DNA from: a bacterium
GTDB taxonomy: Bacteria; UBA8248
NCBI GenBank assembly: GCA_965207065.1
Contig: OZ242260.1
Span: forward strand, 1,472,001-1,536,000
DNA length: 64,000 nucleotides
Direction of reading: 5' to 3'
Shown here: positions 52,619 to 63,998 of the stretch, in pieces
How positions within the stretch are numbered: position 1 is the stretch's first letter
Layout of the letters: each line of letters opens with the position of its first letter
Translations under genes and position numbers: made by a program
The notes under the pieces: generated by a model
Seen by the model: the letters and a program-made list of their open reading frames with translations, nothing else
Told to the model about the DNA's origin: nothing
The model's database searches: none

Positions 52619-54777
52619 ATGAACATCGCAGAACTCAAACAAATTAGCCGGACTGGACCGGTTCTCGACATAACTAATTACACAGATCATTTCATAAGGT
52701 CACTTGTTAAGTTGATCCGAAGCACGAAACGTCACGGCGTTATGTTTGAGACGGAATCGTCGACTTCCGCAGCCGCATGGCTACTGTGTATAGCGGATGC
52801 CAATGCTTTCGGAACCCTCAGCACCGACGCTCAGTTGGAATGTACATTTCCCGAGATGGCTCCAAACCAACTCCTAGGATTTCGGGGGCAGAAGGCCAAA
52901 TATGAGAGTATTGTGACTAGACTGCATCGATTATTGCGCCAGGCTAAGCCCTGGAGAGGAGGATGCCATGACCTGAAACCTCTCGTAGCGACCCAGAGGG
53001 TTCGACTCCCGCCCGGCAAAGGCGAAGCCGGCCAGCCGGAAGCGAGTCTTGCATGGCGTGCGGCAACGCCCGTCGTGAAGCGTAGACAGCAGGTGATGAA
53101 GCGGCGGGGTAAGCCTCGAAATCGGTCAATCGACGACGCCTTCATTGTTAATCGTGTGGGGGCAGCACCGGGAGCGCCGCCAATGGCGAGGCGCAACGGG
53201 TCGTCCGGGGTCGTGGGCCGGCGCAAAGTCACGGGACGGGTCGCCAGGGAACCTGGGAGATCCTGCTCTTGCCCGTGGGCAAGAACGCTGGAAAGGGGAC
53301 GGCCAGCGTGAACAATCCAGACCCCGGCCCGTCGCCGGACCTGCACGGCGGCGGGAGCGCCCCAGGGCGGACACGAACCCGGCAGGCGCCCGCGGAACCG
53401 GCTGGCCAAAACAATAAGCCGAAGGACATGCGAGGGTAGGAAGTCGTAGCGCCCTGATAGTACCGCTGAAGGCGGGGAACCGTGGCCATCGGGACCCGCT
53501 GGAGGGAAGCGGGGCGTCATCTGTACAGAACCACTGATGGGAAACGATGGAGGAAACTCTGAGTTCCACCAACACGTACACGAAACAGCAGTGGATAGCC
53601 GAACAGGCGAGGAATGCCTCGACCTGCGGACCAAGGGTGACAACCCCTTGAGCGAACCTGTCAGGTGAGGAACCGAGTGCGTCAATCGCGCACGCTCGGG
53701 TCTGCGGGGGGAGGGGCGCAGCAATGCCCCCTCCTACCCGGCCCTCAAGAAAAGCGTGTCGAGGCAGACAAAGCTTTCAGTTGGTTTCGTGCTGCAATTT
53801 CAGCTTGGCACAATACAAACTTCCGCTACCTTAATGACATGTTCGACAATGGTGGGGTTGAGCATGAGTCCGCCATGGGTGTCGCGCAACATTACCAACT
53901 CCCCACTTTTTTAGTGGACTGGACATGGAATCCTTTCGTGGCCTTGGCGTTCGCCATGTCCGATCTAAGGGATGGTGAAGAGGGCGTGGTCTTTCTTCGA
54001 GATTTTGGCGACGGAACTAACCCAACATCCGACTATAACGTTCTTTTGCCGCCGTCGTTTGCCAAGAGAGCTTGGCGTCAAAGGGCGTTCTTTTCCTGGC
54101 ATCCAGTTGCTCCTGAGGATTGGGACAATCCGGTCGTGCAGAGAATTGCAGGGGATATTCCGCGGCATAATGCAATGCCCAACAATTATTATCACATCAA
54201 ATTTCGTGCGACTGAGAGTGACATAAAATGGGCGAAACAGAGTTATGCTGGATTGATGAAGGAGGATCTGCCCGGCTTGGGTTGCTTGGCGAAATGGTGT
54301 TTAGAAGCCGCACGAAAGGGCGCGAATGGGCCTTTACATCCCAATGTTCTCTCGTTGGATGATTTCCAGAAATGGTGTAATCGTTGCAACTTGAATTTAC
54401 CTGAGTTTGTGGTGACGAATCGAGAAGTGGAAGTAACAGAGAACTTTGCTCTCATGATGGATTATATAGATGAAATGAGCGTTAGGCGTAATCCAAGTAA
54501 TGGCACAATCGGTTACTTCATTCCGAGTGTGTTAACGGCCTGTGTGGGAATGCCATGGAACAGTTGTATGAAGTATCCCGCCCGCGGACTTAAGAACCTG
54601 AATGATCCAAGAGCAGATGTTTTCTTTGACGATGATGGGCAACCCTGTATGGATCACTGGCATAAAAAGCTGAGCTATATGAAGTCGTTGGTTGACATAA
54701 GACGTATACAGAACGACGATTTTTTTCGATCAATGTTTGTAGAACGCCCGCGGGGAAAGAGGCAACAAATCGGTTAA
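52619..54777 (+). CDS. FRG-domain protein in two exons (52619-52933 and 53743-54777; 449 aa after splicing)
   Basis: GFRGQ in exon 1 and AQHYQLPTFLVDWTWNPFVALAFA in exon 2; intron removal joins HRL|PQEK in frame. Confidence 0.85.
52934..53742 (+). ncRNA. ORF-less group II intron, internal-deletion sibling of 4282-6310
   Basis: Highly similar 5' ~670 nt and 3' ~90 nt; RT ORF deleted. Confidence 0.92.
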
Positions 54778-55134
54778 ATGTGGACACAATGATTGTACGA
54801 CTAAAACTTTTGCTTTGTTCGGGTGAGCTACTGTCGATGGGATGGACACAGAATCTATCTTGCAAACTGGGCCCGATCATTGTTTGCAGCAAGTGGAAAG
54901 GGGTTCCAATGAGAAGAAGAGCGGAGATGAGGGATTGAGTGTCAAATGAACCACGTGCCAAAATCGCTACATGAAACCGAAAATTATTGGTGTTTGGGTC
55001 CAGGTGTGGATGCGGGAAGATCGCGGCATATTTTCACATTGCTGAGGAATTCATGGAATTGGGGATAGGGCGATTGGATGCATCGTCGTTTTCCCAGATA
55101 GGGTTTTATCGTTACAGCGTCGGCGTATTTTGTC

Positions 55135-55461
55135 TTGGCCATGCGTTTGAATTATTGTAAAAAGGCATTATTAAAAGAAAATGTTACAGGGCATAAATTT
55201 GGAACCTTATACAAGGCAATAAACGATTCGCGAAGGAGCGAGCTTGAAGATATCATTGTTGGTGAAGGATGGTCGTCAGTGGACGAGTTCCACAAATTCC
55301 TGCTTAAAACAATTAACCCCGTGAATAGAAAGTATTTTGATGAGAGTAGTGGGTGGGATATTTGGAGTCATGATGGCATTGGAAATGTAAACCATAAGTT
55401 GTGGCCGGGCTTAGTTCAATTGTGGAAACGAGTACACGATTACGCCGCGTCTAAAATTTGA
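55135..55461 (+). CDS. Hypothetical protein, probably the 3' part of a disrupted gene
   Basis: Low-GC ORF with natural-looking composition; no clear start. Confidence 0.35.
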   Translation: MAMRLNYCKKALLKENVTGHKFGTLYKAINDSRRSELEDIIVGEGWSSVDEFHKFLLKTINPVNRKYFDESSGWDIWSHDGIGNVNHKLWPGLVQLWKRVHDYAASKI

Positions 55462-55990
55462 AAAAATCCCAATCTTTCGAACTGATCCTTCGCCCGTTTT
55501 CAGACGGCGGGGGGGGGGTCAGACTGGCGGGGAATCTTTGTAGTTTGTTGATAGTATTTTGGATGTTAGTTTTTTCGAGCTTCGTTGAGGATTTGCTTAT
55601 CTGCAATACGTAATCAAAACGAAAGCGGATGAATTATAATTTGTGCGTATCCTAGCGGGCCCGTGTCGGTGTAACCGCGCAGCCGTTCGTCCAGCGGTAT
55701 ATCGGTATTGTCGTTAAACGCGGTCATGGCGCGCGAACATAAGGAAAGAACGAGTGTCCGTTCAATCGTTATTTCTAGCGCGGAATATACACCAGTGAAG
55801 AGCCCGCGCCCGCGCCGGCGAGTGGGTCGCTCATCGATTCGACCTGAAATCAAGGGGATTTTGCAGAGAAAAAATGACGCCGGAAGATACAGGAACAGGC
55901 GCTACGGAAAAAACCGATAAATCCGAAAGCCCGGGATCGAACCCTCAAAAGACTCTTTCGTTCACGCCCCTGTACCCGCCGCGCCCGGCC

Positions 55991-56956
55991 TCACTTGCCG
56001 TAGCGCAGCCTTGCCACGGCGCCCTGTTGCGCGAGTTGCCCCTGCGCGTAGCGCCCAGGCATGGTCGGCGATTGCCAGCGCCCGGCGAGCTGCATCTCGA
56101 CCAGGGAAGCCCCCGCCGTGGCCAGGCTCTGCGCGCTGCCCACCCGGAGGCTGTGCCCACTGATCCGCCCCTCCACTCCTGCGTCGCGCGCGCGATGGAT
56201 GATTATGCGGCGGATGCTCCCCTCGGTTAGACGACCTTTCCGCAAGCAGCCCGATCTGTGAACGGGCCGGAAAAGCGCCCCCTCCGAGATTGAGGCAATC
56301 TCGAGCCAGGTACTGATGCGCACGATGGTGGGTTCTCCCAGAAACTGCACGACGCCCGCACCTTCCTGGTCCGTCTTCGAGCGCCGGATGAGCACAGTCT
56401 GCTCGTCCAGGTTCACGTCGGAGACGTCCAAAGCTTCCATCTCCGACACCCGGAGCAACGCGTCGCTCGCCACAGAGATGATCGCGGCGTCGCGTAGTCC
56501 GGCCAGATCCCCGAACCTTTCGGCCAGTTCCGCGGCATGGTCCGCTTGCTCCCAGCGCACCCCGGCCACCTGACCGCGACCGCGCTCATAGGCCAAGCGC
56601 CTAAAGCCGGCCAGCACCCGCTCCGTCGCAGGTCCCACGGGCGAGTCCCGCCCCGCAAGTCTCACCCGGAAGCGAAGCGCCGCCACCGTCAGCGAGGCGG
56701 TAGCAGCCGAGCGGCCCTCCTCGTAGAGATCTCCCAGATACGCCGCCACACCGACGTCGGTTTCGGGGTGCCCCGAGCGATCAAATCCCCGCAGAGCCGC
56801 CCCGTACACCCGACGGGTGTTCTCAGACATCGAGGCCCTCGCCAAGTTTGCTGCCAGCGGAGCTTGAACCGCTTCCTTGGCCCCGGCGTCTTCGTCAAAG
56901 CGAAGTTTCGTGTCGGGCCGGATGGTGATGCTCCCGTCGCCATGATGAGAGGCCAA
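55991..56956 (-). CDS. Cre-like tyrosine recombinase (start uncertain)
   Basis: LRVSE, RSKTDQ, GHSLRVG and AGRWQS...RY motifs. Confidence 0.88.
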   Translation of the reverse strand: MASHHGDGSITIRPDTKLRFDEDAGAKEAVQAPLAANLARASMSENTRRVYGAALRGFDRSGHPETDVGVAAYLGDLYEEGRSAATASLTVAALRFRVRLAGRDSPVGPATERVLAGFRRLAYERGRGQVAGVRWEQADHAAELAERFGDLAGLRDAAIISVASDALLRVSEMEALDVSDVNLDEQTVLIRRSKTDQEGAGVVQFLGEPTIVRISTWLEIASISEGALFRPVHRSGCLRKGRLTEGSIRRIIIHRARDAGVEGRISGHSLRVGSAQSLATAGASLVEMQLAGRWQSPTMPGRYAQGQLAQQGAVARLRYGK

Positions 56957-57550
56957 CCCCCAGGATCGGCGGCTGATTCCTTTACACGAAGCCGTTCGAG
57001 CGCCTCGTGTACTAACAAATATAGACAGTTGCGGGGAAATGCCAAGGAAAAAACGTCGTTCGACGGCACGAAGTCAGGCTCCAAGGCAATGAATTTTCTA
57101 AAGATTGATAATTATCATTATCAATTTTTTCTACAAGCATTCTGGAGGCACGTCAAGCGTAATTCCGGGGCCTTGAAGGGGTTTTGAGGGCCGTTTCGGA
57201 CCGTATTGCGTCCTTTTGCGCAAGTTTGCGCCTCGAAACAGGGGTTCAGGAAAGATAATGGAACTACTGGCATCCCGCAATGATAATTATCGATGGATAC
57301 GCAGGAATCGAGACGCCCAAGACGGTCAGCGTCGTCGTCCTGGACAACTTGGTTGATGTCAGCGGTTAAACCTTCAAATTGCGGCTCAGCAACGCCTTCA
57401 GTGTACAGATTGCCGACTCATAGTCGACTGGCACAAACGAGCCTTTAAAAGCTGTGCCATAAGGCCGACGGAGACCGAAGAGAAAAAGATATATCAGGTG
57501 ATAGCAAGGCTGGAAAAATCATTAATTCTATTTACTGAAAGGACTCGACT

Positions 57551-58300
57551 ATGAACTACACGAGAAGGCAGTTTCTGAAGAACTCAGCAACAGCCTCCGC
57601 CCTCCTCGCGACCGGGTGCGTCAGCTCCCATGGAGAAAAAGCATCCTACACCACCCAGATTCTAAAACCCCAAAACCAAAACACCGTCTTCCACTGGATC
57701 GACGTGGCCTTACAGCAGGTTCGGAACCAGCGGCTCCTCGTTCCCCGGGCGGCATACAATTACGGGCTGACCATGGCCACCGGCTTTCTCGCCGCGAATG
57801 GAATCCTACAAACTTATGATGAACCTTTCGGCATCGGCCCCGGCCCGCACGGCGCGGATCCGGAAGTTGCCTACGGCGTTGCCTTCGCAGAGTCGGCGGA
57901 AGAAGCGTTCCAGCAGCCTTTTTCGTTCGAGCGCGCCAGATTCCTGAGACGCTTTCCCGGAAGCGAGGCAAAATCCTTGGGCGTTAAGTGGGGCCGCACA
58001 GTCGCCCGCAAGGTGCTCAGGATGCGGACGAACGACGGCTCCGAACCCAGCGAAGCCAACTATTATCTAGGGCGTTACGAGCGACGTACAGACTCACTGC
58101 GGTGGCGCCCCACCGGCCCGTTTTACGGCGCGACACCGGGACCGGCGTTCGCCTCTTTCGACCGCGGCCTCTTTCCGGGCCATGGACAAATCAAGCCTTG
58201 GACGATGAGGAGTGGTTCGCAGTTTCGAGTAGGCGATTTCTACGATCCGGCGAGCCCCGAGTTTGCCGAAGAATTCGATAACATCCGGCGCATCGGGGAT
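57551..58300 (+). pseudogene. Tat-exported vanadium-dependent haloperoxidase-like protein, truncated before the catalytic C-terminus
   Basis: TRRQFLK signal; G..VA..VL..R.NDGS, WRPT and PASPEFAEEF..I..IG motifs. Confidence 0.65.
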
Positions 58301-58328
58301 ATGCGCCATTATGTTTAATTGCACATAA

Positions 58329-59346
58329 CGGCGCGCATCTGCTGTGCGCGCGGTTGCGCCGCTTGAACGTCGACGCCTCGGCCGGCAGCGAGGAGGAGTT
58401 GGCGCGGATCGTGGCGCAGGTCCGCAGGCGCTGGCCGCGTACGCGGGTCGTGGTCCGCGGCGACTCGGGGTTTTGCCGCGAACCGTTGATGCGCTGGTGC
58501 GAGGAGAACGGCGTCGACTACGTGTTCGGCATGGCGCGTAACGCGCGGTTGGTCCGGGCGATTGGCCGGGACCTCTACCGGGCCGGGGTCGTGTGCCACC
58601 GCAGCAGTGAACCGGCGCGCCGGTATCGCGACTTCCGCTATCGCACACGCAAGAGCTGGTCCCGAACCCGGCGGGTGGTGGGCAAGGCGCAGCACCTGCC
58701 CAGGGGGGCGAACCCCCGGTTCGTAGTCACCAGCCTCCGCCCCCGGCGGGCCGACGCCAGGCGCCTCTACGAAGAACTCTACTGCGCCCGGGGAGAGATG
58801 GAGAACCGCATCAAGGAACAGCAACTCGGCCTGTTCGCCGACCGCACCAGCAGCGCCACCCTGAAGGCCAATCAGTTGCGACTCTACTTCGCCTCCTTCG
58901 CCTACGTCCTGATGCACGGATTGCGACGCCTGGGGCTGGCCGGCACGACATACGCCAGGGCCCAGTGCGCCACGCTCCGGCTGAAGCTGCTCAAGCTCGG
59001 CGCCCGCGTGAGGGTCACCGTGCGCAAGGTCCGGCTGTCAATCTCCGGAGCCTACCCCCATGCGGCGACCTTCGAAAAGGTGCTGAACAACCTGCGTACG
59101 CACCCGCCCTGGCCGGCGGCGGGGGAGAGAAGCTGAACGTACAATCGCAGCGACGCTAATCCTTGCAGGGGGAAACCTGCGCCTGCGCGTCGGCCGACAC
59201 TCCGAAAAAGCATTCGTAAGGGCCGGGGAAACGCCTCTCGGGCACCGTGCGTCATCGTATCATGCCAGCGAAGAAGGCTGCCTCCCGAATAAAGCCGTCC
59301 ACAACTTCAAATCAGGCCGATCCGCAGCCTCGGTGAAATATCCGGG
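58329..59346 (+). mobile_element. IS1380-family element 3' half (transposase fragment to 59136)
   Basis: VRGDSGF, NPRFVVT and Y..RGEMENRIKE motifs; end GGTGAAATATCCGGG|CTAA. Confidence 0.85.
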
Positions 59347-59360
59347 CTAATCATGTCGGC

Positions 59361-59830
59361 ATGAAGATTTGCACAGAAGATATTCAGGCGGAAGTTTCGT
59401 TAGTCGAGAGGTCGGATGTCCCACGGCCTCATCCCCCCGGGTTGCCCGCAACCGCAGAGGCGTACTGGCGTTCGCTGTACGAGCGCGAGCGTGCGCGCGC
59501 GGAGGCGGCGGAGGCGCGCTGCGAGGGGTTGCGGCTCAAGGAGGTGGCTTCGCGCGCGCGGGCGGGTTCGCTGAAGTGGCATCTCGACAACAGCCGGAGG
59601 AAGCTTGCCGCGCGCGTCAAGAAGTTGAAGGAAGTCCGCCGCGCCGCGAAGCAGGACGTCCTGGCGCTCGAGGCGGAAGTGGCTCGACAGGAGAAGCTTC
59701 TCCGCAAAGCCGATGTCGAACCGGGGGAGCGCAGCCCGCTCGAGTCGCTGCGCAAGGAGATTGAGCGGTGGAAGGAGGCGCACGCCCGGCTGAAGAACCG
59801 GCTGGCCTGGGAGAAGCGGGAGACGCTCAG
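59361..59830 (+). pseudogene. Coiled-coil fragment, possibly an IS66 transposase N-terminus
   Basis: YWRSLYERERARAEAAEARCE coiled coil; high GC; abrupt switch to unrelated sequence. Confidence 0.4.
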
Positions 59831-60216
59831 GCGAACGTTGAAGTCGTCCGAACCCGTCAAGTCACCGACCGAGACCGCCGTCCCGTCCCGAGCGACGCAG
59901 CGCGCGCCCGCGCAATCGAACGTCTCCCCGACGAGCGTCGCGCCCCCGCCTTCAAGCAAATCGCGGGCATGGGTACTGGTGAGGAGCAGCGCGTCGGCGC
60001 GCCCGATGTGGGACGACTGGATCTTCGTCACAGAACCGCCGATCCGTCGTCTCGACGGAGTTGTCTGATGGTCTGCACCGGCGAGAAGCCAACCTGTCAT
60101 AAAAAAGTGGCGGCCATGGACATGAAGCCATACAATAGAAGGCAGATATCATAGAGGTATGGGGAAAAAGATTACCGGAAGCTGCACGAGTCGGCATCGC
60201 GAGAAGGAATCAAATC

Positions 60217-62556
60217 ATGCGGGAAAGCGCACAGAACATGACATCCAAGTCGAAGTCCGGTTTTTTCGATCTGGTAGTGGGTCGATACTTCTGGACGATA
60301 GCCGTCACATTCCTGGTGACCGCGGTTCTCGCCGCGGGAGTGCAGCACCTGATTACCGTCAATGTAGGCATCCGAAATCACTTCGATGAAGATGATCCGC
60401 ATTTGATCAAACTCGACGATTTCGAAAAGACCTACGCAGTGTCGGACAGCGTGCTCGTCATTGTCGCCCCGCCGAACGACACCGTTTTCACGCGCAAAGC
60501 ACTCGATGCGATTGAGCAACTGACGGAGGTGTTGTGGCAAACGCCTTATTCTGTCCGTGTCGATTCGATAACCAATTACCTGCACACCGAGGGAATCGAG
60601 GACACCCTGATTGTCGAGCAGCTGGTCGACGATGCGGCTTCGCTGGACGAGGTCAAACTCGCCCGCATTCGAGAGATTGCGCTCACCACACAGGAAACGG
60701 CCGGCCGTTTCGTCTCTCGCGATGGTCGTGTGGCCGGGCTGATCGTGAGCCTGGCAATTCCCGATGAGAAACGGAAACAGCGCAAAATCGAAGTGGTCGA
60801 CGGTCTCTACGGTCTCGTCAACAAACAGCGCGCGGCCAACCCCGACATCGAATATCACATCTATGGTGAACTGTTGTTGAATCGGGCGGTTCGCGAGGCG
60901 CTGAATGAAGATATGTCCTTTTTGGCGCCAATCGCGTTTGCGATGATGGTTCTGGTGGCCATTCTATTGCTGCGTTCGGTTTGGAGCGTTTGTGGAATTT
61001 TTGCGATGATAATTGCGGTGATGGCATCGAGTTTCGGTTTAACCGGCTGGTTCGGATTGAAATTCTATGCGGAAAGCGGCGCCGCGGTATTCGTTCTGAT
61101 GGCGATTGCCATCGCACACTCTGTCCACCTGATCGAAGGAATGACCGATGGAATGCTTCGTGGAATAGAACGTAAAGCCGCTGTTGTTCATTCCCTGCAA
61201 ATCAATGCCCATCCGATATTCCTCACTTCGCTCACCACCATGGTCGGTTTTCTGAGCCTGAATTTCTCGGAAATGCCCCCGTTTCGAGTGATGGGAAATA
61301 TCGTTGCGTTCGGCGCCATGTGCGCATTCGTTTACGCGGTCACGCTTTTGCCCGCATTGTTGGCGATGATGCCCATGCGGGCGCCCGCCGAAAAGAGAAA
61401 CGGAACGAAAACATTCAAGCGTTTGGGAGATTTCGTCGTTTCCAAAAGCACCTTGTTGCTTTGGGCTTTCGTCATACTCGTTCTGGTGAGCGCATATGGC
61501 GTCTCGAGAATTAAACTGAATGACAACAACAACGCCAAGCTGCTTAATGAAAGCTACGAGTTGCGCCGATCGGGGGATTTCATAAACGAGAACTTTTCCG
61601 GGCTGGATTCCTTTGAATATTCCCTGATCTCCGGGCGTGCAGGGGGAATCACCGACATTGAGTACCTGCATCGGGTGGATTCGTTCGCCAATTGGCTTCG
61701 CGAACAGCCTGAAGTTTCTCACGTCACCTCGATTGCCGATATCATGAAGCGGATTAATCAGAATCTGCACAATGACGCAAAAGGCTCCTATGCCCTGCCG
61801 GCAAACTCCGACCTTGCGGCGCAATACCTGCTTTTATACGAGTTCTCTCTACCGGTCGGCCGCGACATAAACAATCTCATCAACTTTGAGCGTTCGGCGA
61901 CCCGGATGACCGTCGTGATCGGGGGAATGTCGGTCAAAGAGCAAATCGAGCTGGACAATCGCGCTTCTGCCTGGCTGGGAAAAAATGCGCCGCAAATGCG
62001 AACCGGAGCGACCGGCGTCACCATTGTCGGCGCTTACTCGGTGATGAGAAACATCGTGAACATGTTACTCGGCACCTTCATCGCAATCTCGATCGTCTCG
62101 CTGCTGTTGATTTTTGCATTCAAAAGCCTTCGTTTGGGGCTTCTGAGCTTAATACCTAATTTCGTTCCGGCAATCATGTCCCTGGGGGCTTGGGGTTACG
62201 CCGTGGGAACCGTGAATATTGCGGCGTCAATCGTTACCGCGATAGCGTTTGCCATCGTTGTGGACGATACCATCCATCTCCTGTCCAAATACCTAAAATC
62301 ACGCGCAGAGGGCAAATCACCTTCCGAAGCTATCGCGCCGACTTTCGAACTCGTTGGAAAACCACTACTAAGCACAACCTTGATTTTTGCGGTGGCGTTT
62401 TTCGTCTTTGGCGCATCGGGGCTAGTGACCAATCAGACGCTCGGGTTGCTGGTCGGAATGACGGTCATCATTGCGCTCGTTGCGGACCTCTTTTTACTAC
62501 CGCCGCTTCTGCTGGCGCTCGACAGGACGAAACACGGGCAAGCGCTCGGCGACTAG
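60217..62556 (+). CDS. MMPL/RND-family transporter
   Basis: Two TM blocks with large periplasmic loops; TSLTT..GFLSL and IVVDDTIH motifs. Confidence 0.9.
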   Translation: MRESAQNMTSKSKSGFFDLVVGRYFWTIAVTFLVTAVLAAGVQHLITVNVGIRNHFDEDDPHLIKLDDFEKTYAVSDSVLVIVAPPNDTVFTRKALDAIEQLTEVLWQTPYSVRVDSITNYLHTEGIEDTLIVEQLVDDAASLDEVKLARIREIALTTQETAGRFVSRDGRVAGLIVSLAIPDEKRKQRKIEVVDGLYGLVNKQRAANPDIEYHIYGELLLNRAVREALNEDMSFLAPIAFAMMVLVAILLLRSVWSVCGIFAMIIAVMASSFGLTGWFGLKFYAESGAAVFVLMAIAIAHSVHLIEGMTDGMLRGIERKAAVVHSLQINAHPIFLTSLTTMVGFLSLNFSEMPPFRVMGNIVAFGAMCAFVYAVTLLPALLAMMPMRAPAEKRNGTKTFKRLGDFVVSKSTLLLWAFVILVLVSAYGVSRIKLNDNNNAKLLNESYELRRSGDFINENFSGLDSFEYSLISGRAGGITDIEYLHRVDSFANWLREQPEVSHVTSIADIMKRINQNLHNDAKGSYALPANSDLAAQYLLLYEFSLPVGRDINNLINFERSATRMTVVIGGMSVKEQIELDNRASAWLGKNAPQMRTGATGVTIVGAYSVMRNIVNMLLGTFIAISIVSLLLIFAFKSLRLGLLSLIPNFVPAIMSLGAWGYAVGTVNIAASIVTAIAFAIVVDDTIHLLSKYLKSRAEGKSPSEAIAPTFELVGKPLLSTTLIFAVAFFVFGASGLVTNQTLGLLVGMTVIIALVADLFLLPPLLLALDRTKHGQALGD

Positions 62557-62735
62557 CTTCCGGGACGTTTCGTGATGGCGTAGGTCGAAGGCATGAGGCC
62601 GTCGAAGCGCCGATCAGGCCGGGGTAGTTCCGCCGGTGTCTCGCGAGCAAACTTCCGCCCGTCCGCGTCCACGTTTGCGGCATGCCTTCATTCTCGATAG
62701 CGTCCGTATTGCCGGTCAGGCCTGCAGGAGCACCT

Positions 62736-63998
62736 TCAAGCCGAAATTTCGCGCAACTGGCTTGCGATGCGCAGCCGAAGTTTCTTCGTAACCGACAATG
62801 CCGGGAACGGGTTGATTTTCAGCTTATAGTCTTTAGGCGGCAGCGCGAACTCGAAATGATGCGCTATAACCAACACGGTAACCGTCAACTGCAAATGCAT
62901 CCATGCCCATCCTGCGCACGAGTGGGTATCCAAGCCGTTCGGAGCGTATCCAGGACCTTGATGCTCATTGCGCGGCGGCAGGTAACGGTCGATATCGAAT
63001 TCGTAGGGGTCTGCGAAGCAATCACTCATGTAGTGCGCCGCGGTTTGCACAATGTACAACCGTTCCCTGAGCGGCAGTGAATAATTTTCCACGACGCAAG
63101 AACTTGCGACATCGCGAAGATGTATGCAGATAATCGGATACATTCGTAAACATTCCATGAGAAAACGTCTGGTAACGTCATACTTGTCCGGCGAAAACTC
63201 GTCTTTATCCGGGTCGCCGCCATCGAAAAGCGCGTTTGCCTCTTCACGAATTCTCGCCGTAATTTCCGGCTGTCTGGCCATTTCATAAAGCACGAATCCC
63301 AACATGTCCCCTAGATAAATACTTTGAAACACAGGCGTTACCGCCAGCATGAACAGCAGGTTTTGCTCCGGGATAAACTGCGGGTCGCTGTTGTGCAGAG
63401 AAATCAGTTCGTCCGCCAGATCCTCGGCAACACCTGCGCGGTGAATGGGTATATGGTTCTGCTCGATGCGCCGCAGGAGTTTCTCGTAAAGCTGAAAGCG
63501 ATACTTCATGCCGGGAGTGCGCGTCAGGAATTTCGGCAGAAAATCCGCAACGTAGCAAAGGATTGCTCTTTCATTCCATTTGACCAGATCTTCAAATACA
63601 TCTTGCGAATCCGTACTAATAAGAACCTGAGACATTTGAAAATTGGTCATCAACCGGGTATCTCGCTGTACTTCTAGTCTCGAGCCCGCCTGCCACTCTT
63701 GACTTATCATGAATTGGCGGCTCAGTCGGAACATATCATCCAGCCTCTCATAGAAACTGGCTTTCGAGTAAATTCTCCCCATCAGCTTGCGCAATCGAAA
63801 ATGATCGGCTCCGTCCATCGACGGCAGTAAATTGTTTGCGCCGCAAACCATCTCCATCTTGCGAAAAAAATTGCCGGAAGTTAAAAACCTTCGGGAATTT
63901 CGACGCACCCAATGATTGATATCAGGTCCAGCCAAAAATGTTCGCGGCTCTTGAAACGGCGCACAGATTTGAAAGACCGGACCATATCGGTCGGCCAG
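62736..63998 (-). CDS. Cytochrome P450 (5' end beyond the window)
   Basis: ECLR (ExxR), FDIDRY and heme-ligand region APNGLDTHSCAG. Confidence 0.82.
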   Translation of the reverse strand: MADRYGPVFQICAPFQEPRTFLAGPDINHWVRRNSRRFLTSGNFFRKMEMVCGANNLLPSMDGADHFRLRKLMGRIYSKASFYERLDDMFRLSRQFMISQEWQAGSRLEVQRDTRLMTNFQMSQVLISTDSQDVFEDLVKWNERAILCYVADFLPKFLTRTPGMKYRFQLYEKLLRRIEQNHIPIHRAGVAEDLADELISLHNSDPQFIPEQNLLFMLAVTPVFQSIYLGDMLGFVLYEMARQPEITARIREEANALFDGGDPDKDEFSPDKYDVTRRFLMECLRMYPIICIHLRDVASSCVVENYSLPLRERLYIVQTAAHYMSDCFADPYEFDIDRYLPPRNEHQGPGYAPNGLDTHSCAGWAWMHLQLTVTVLVIAHHFEFALPPKDYKLKINPFPALSVTKKLRLRIASQLREISA

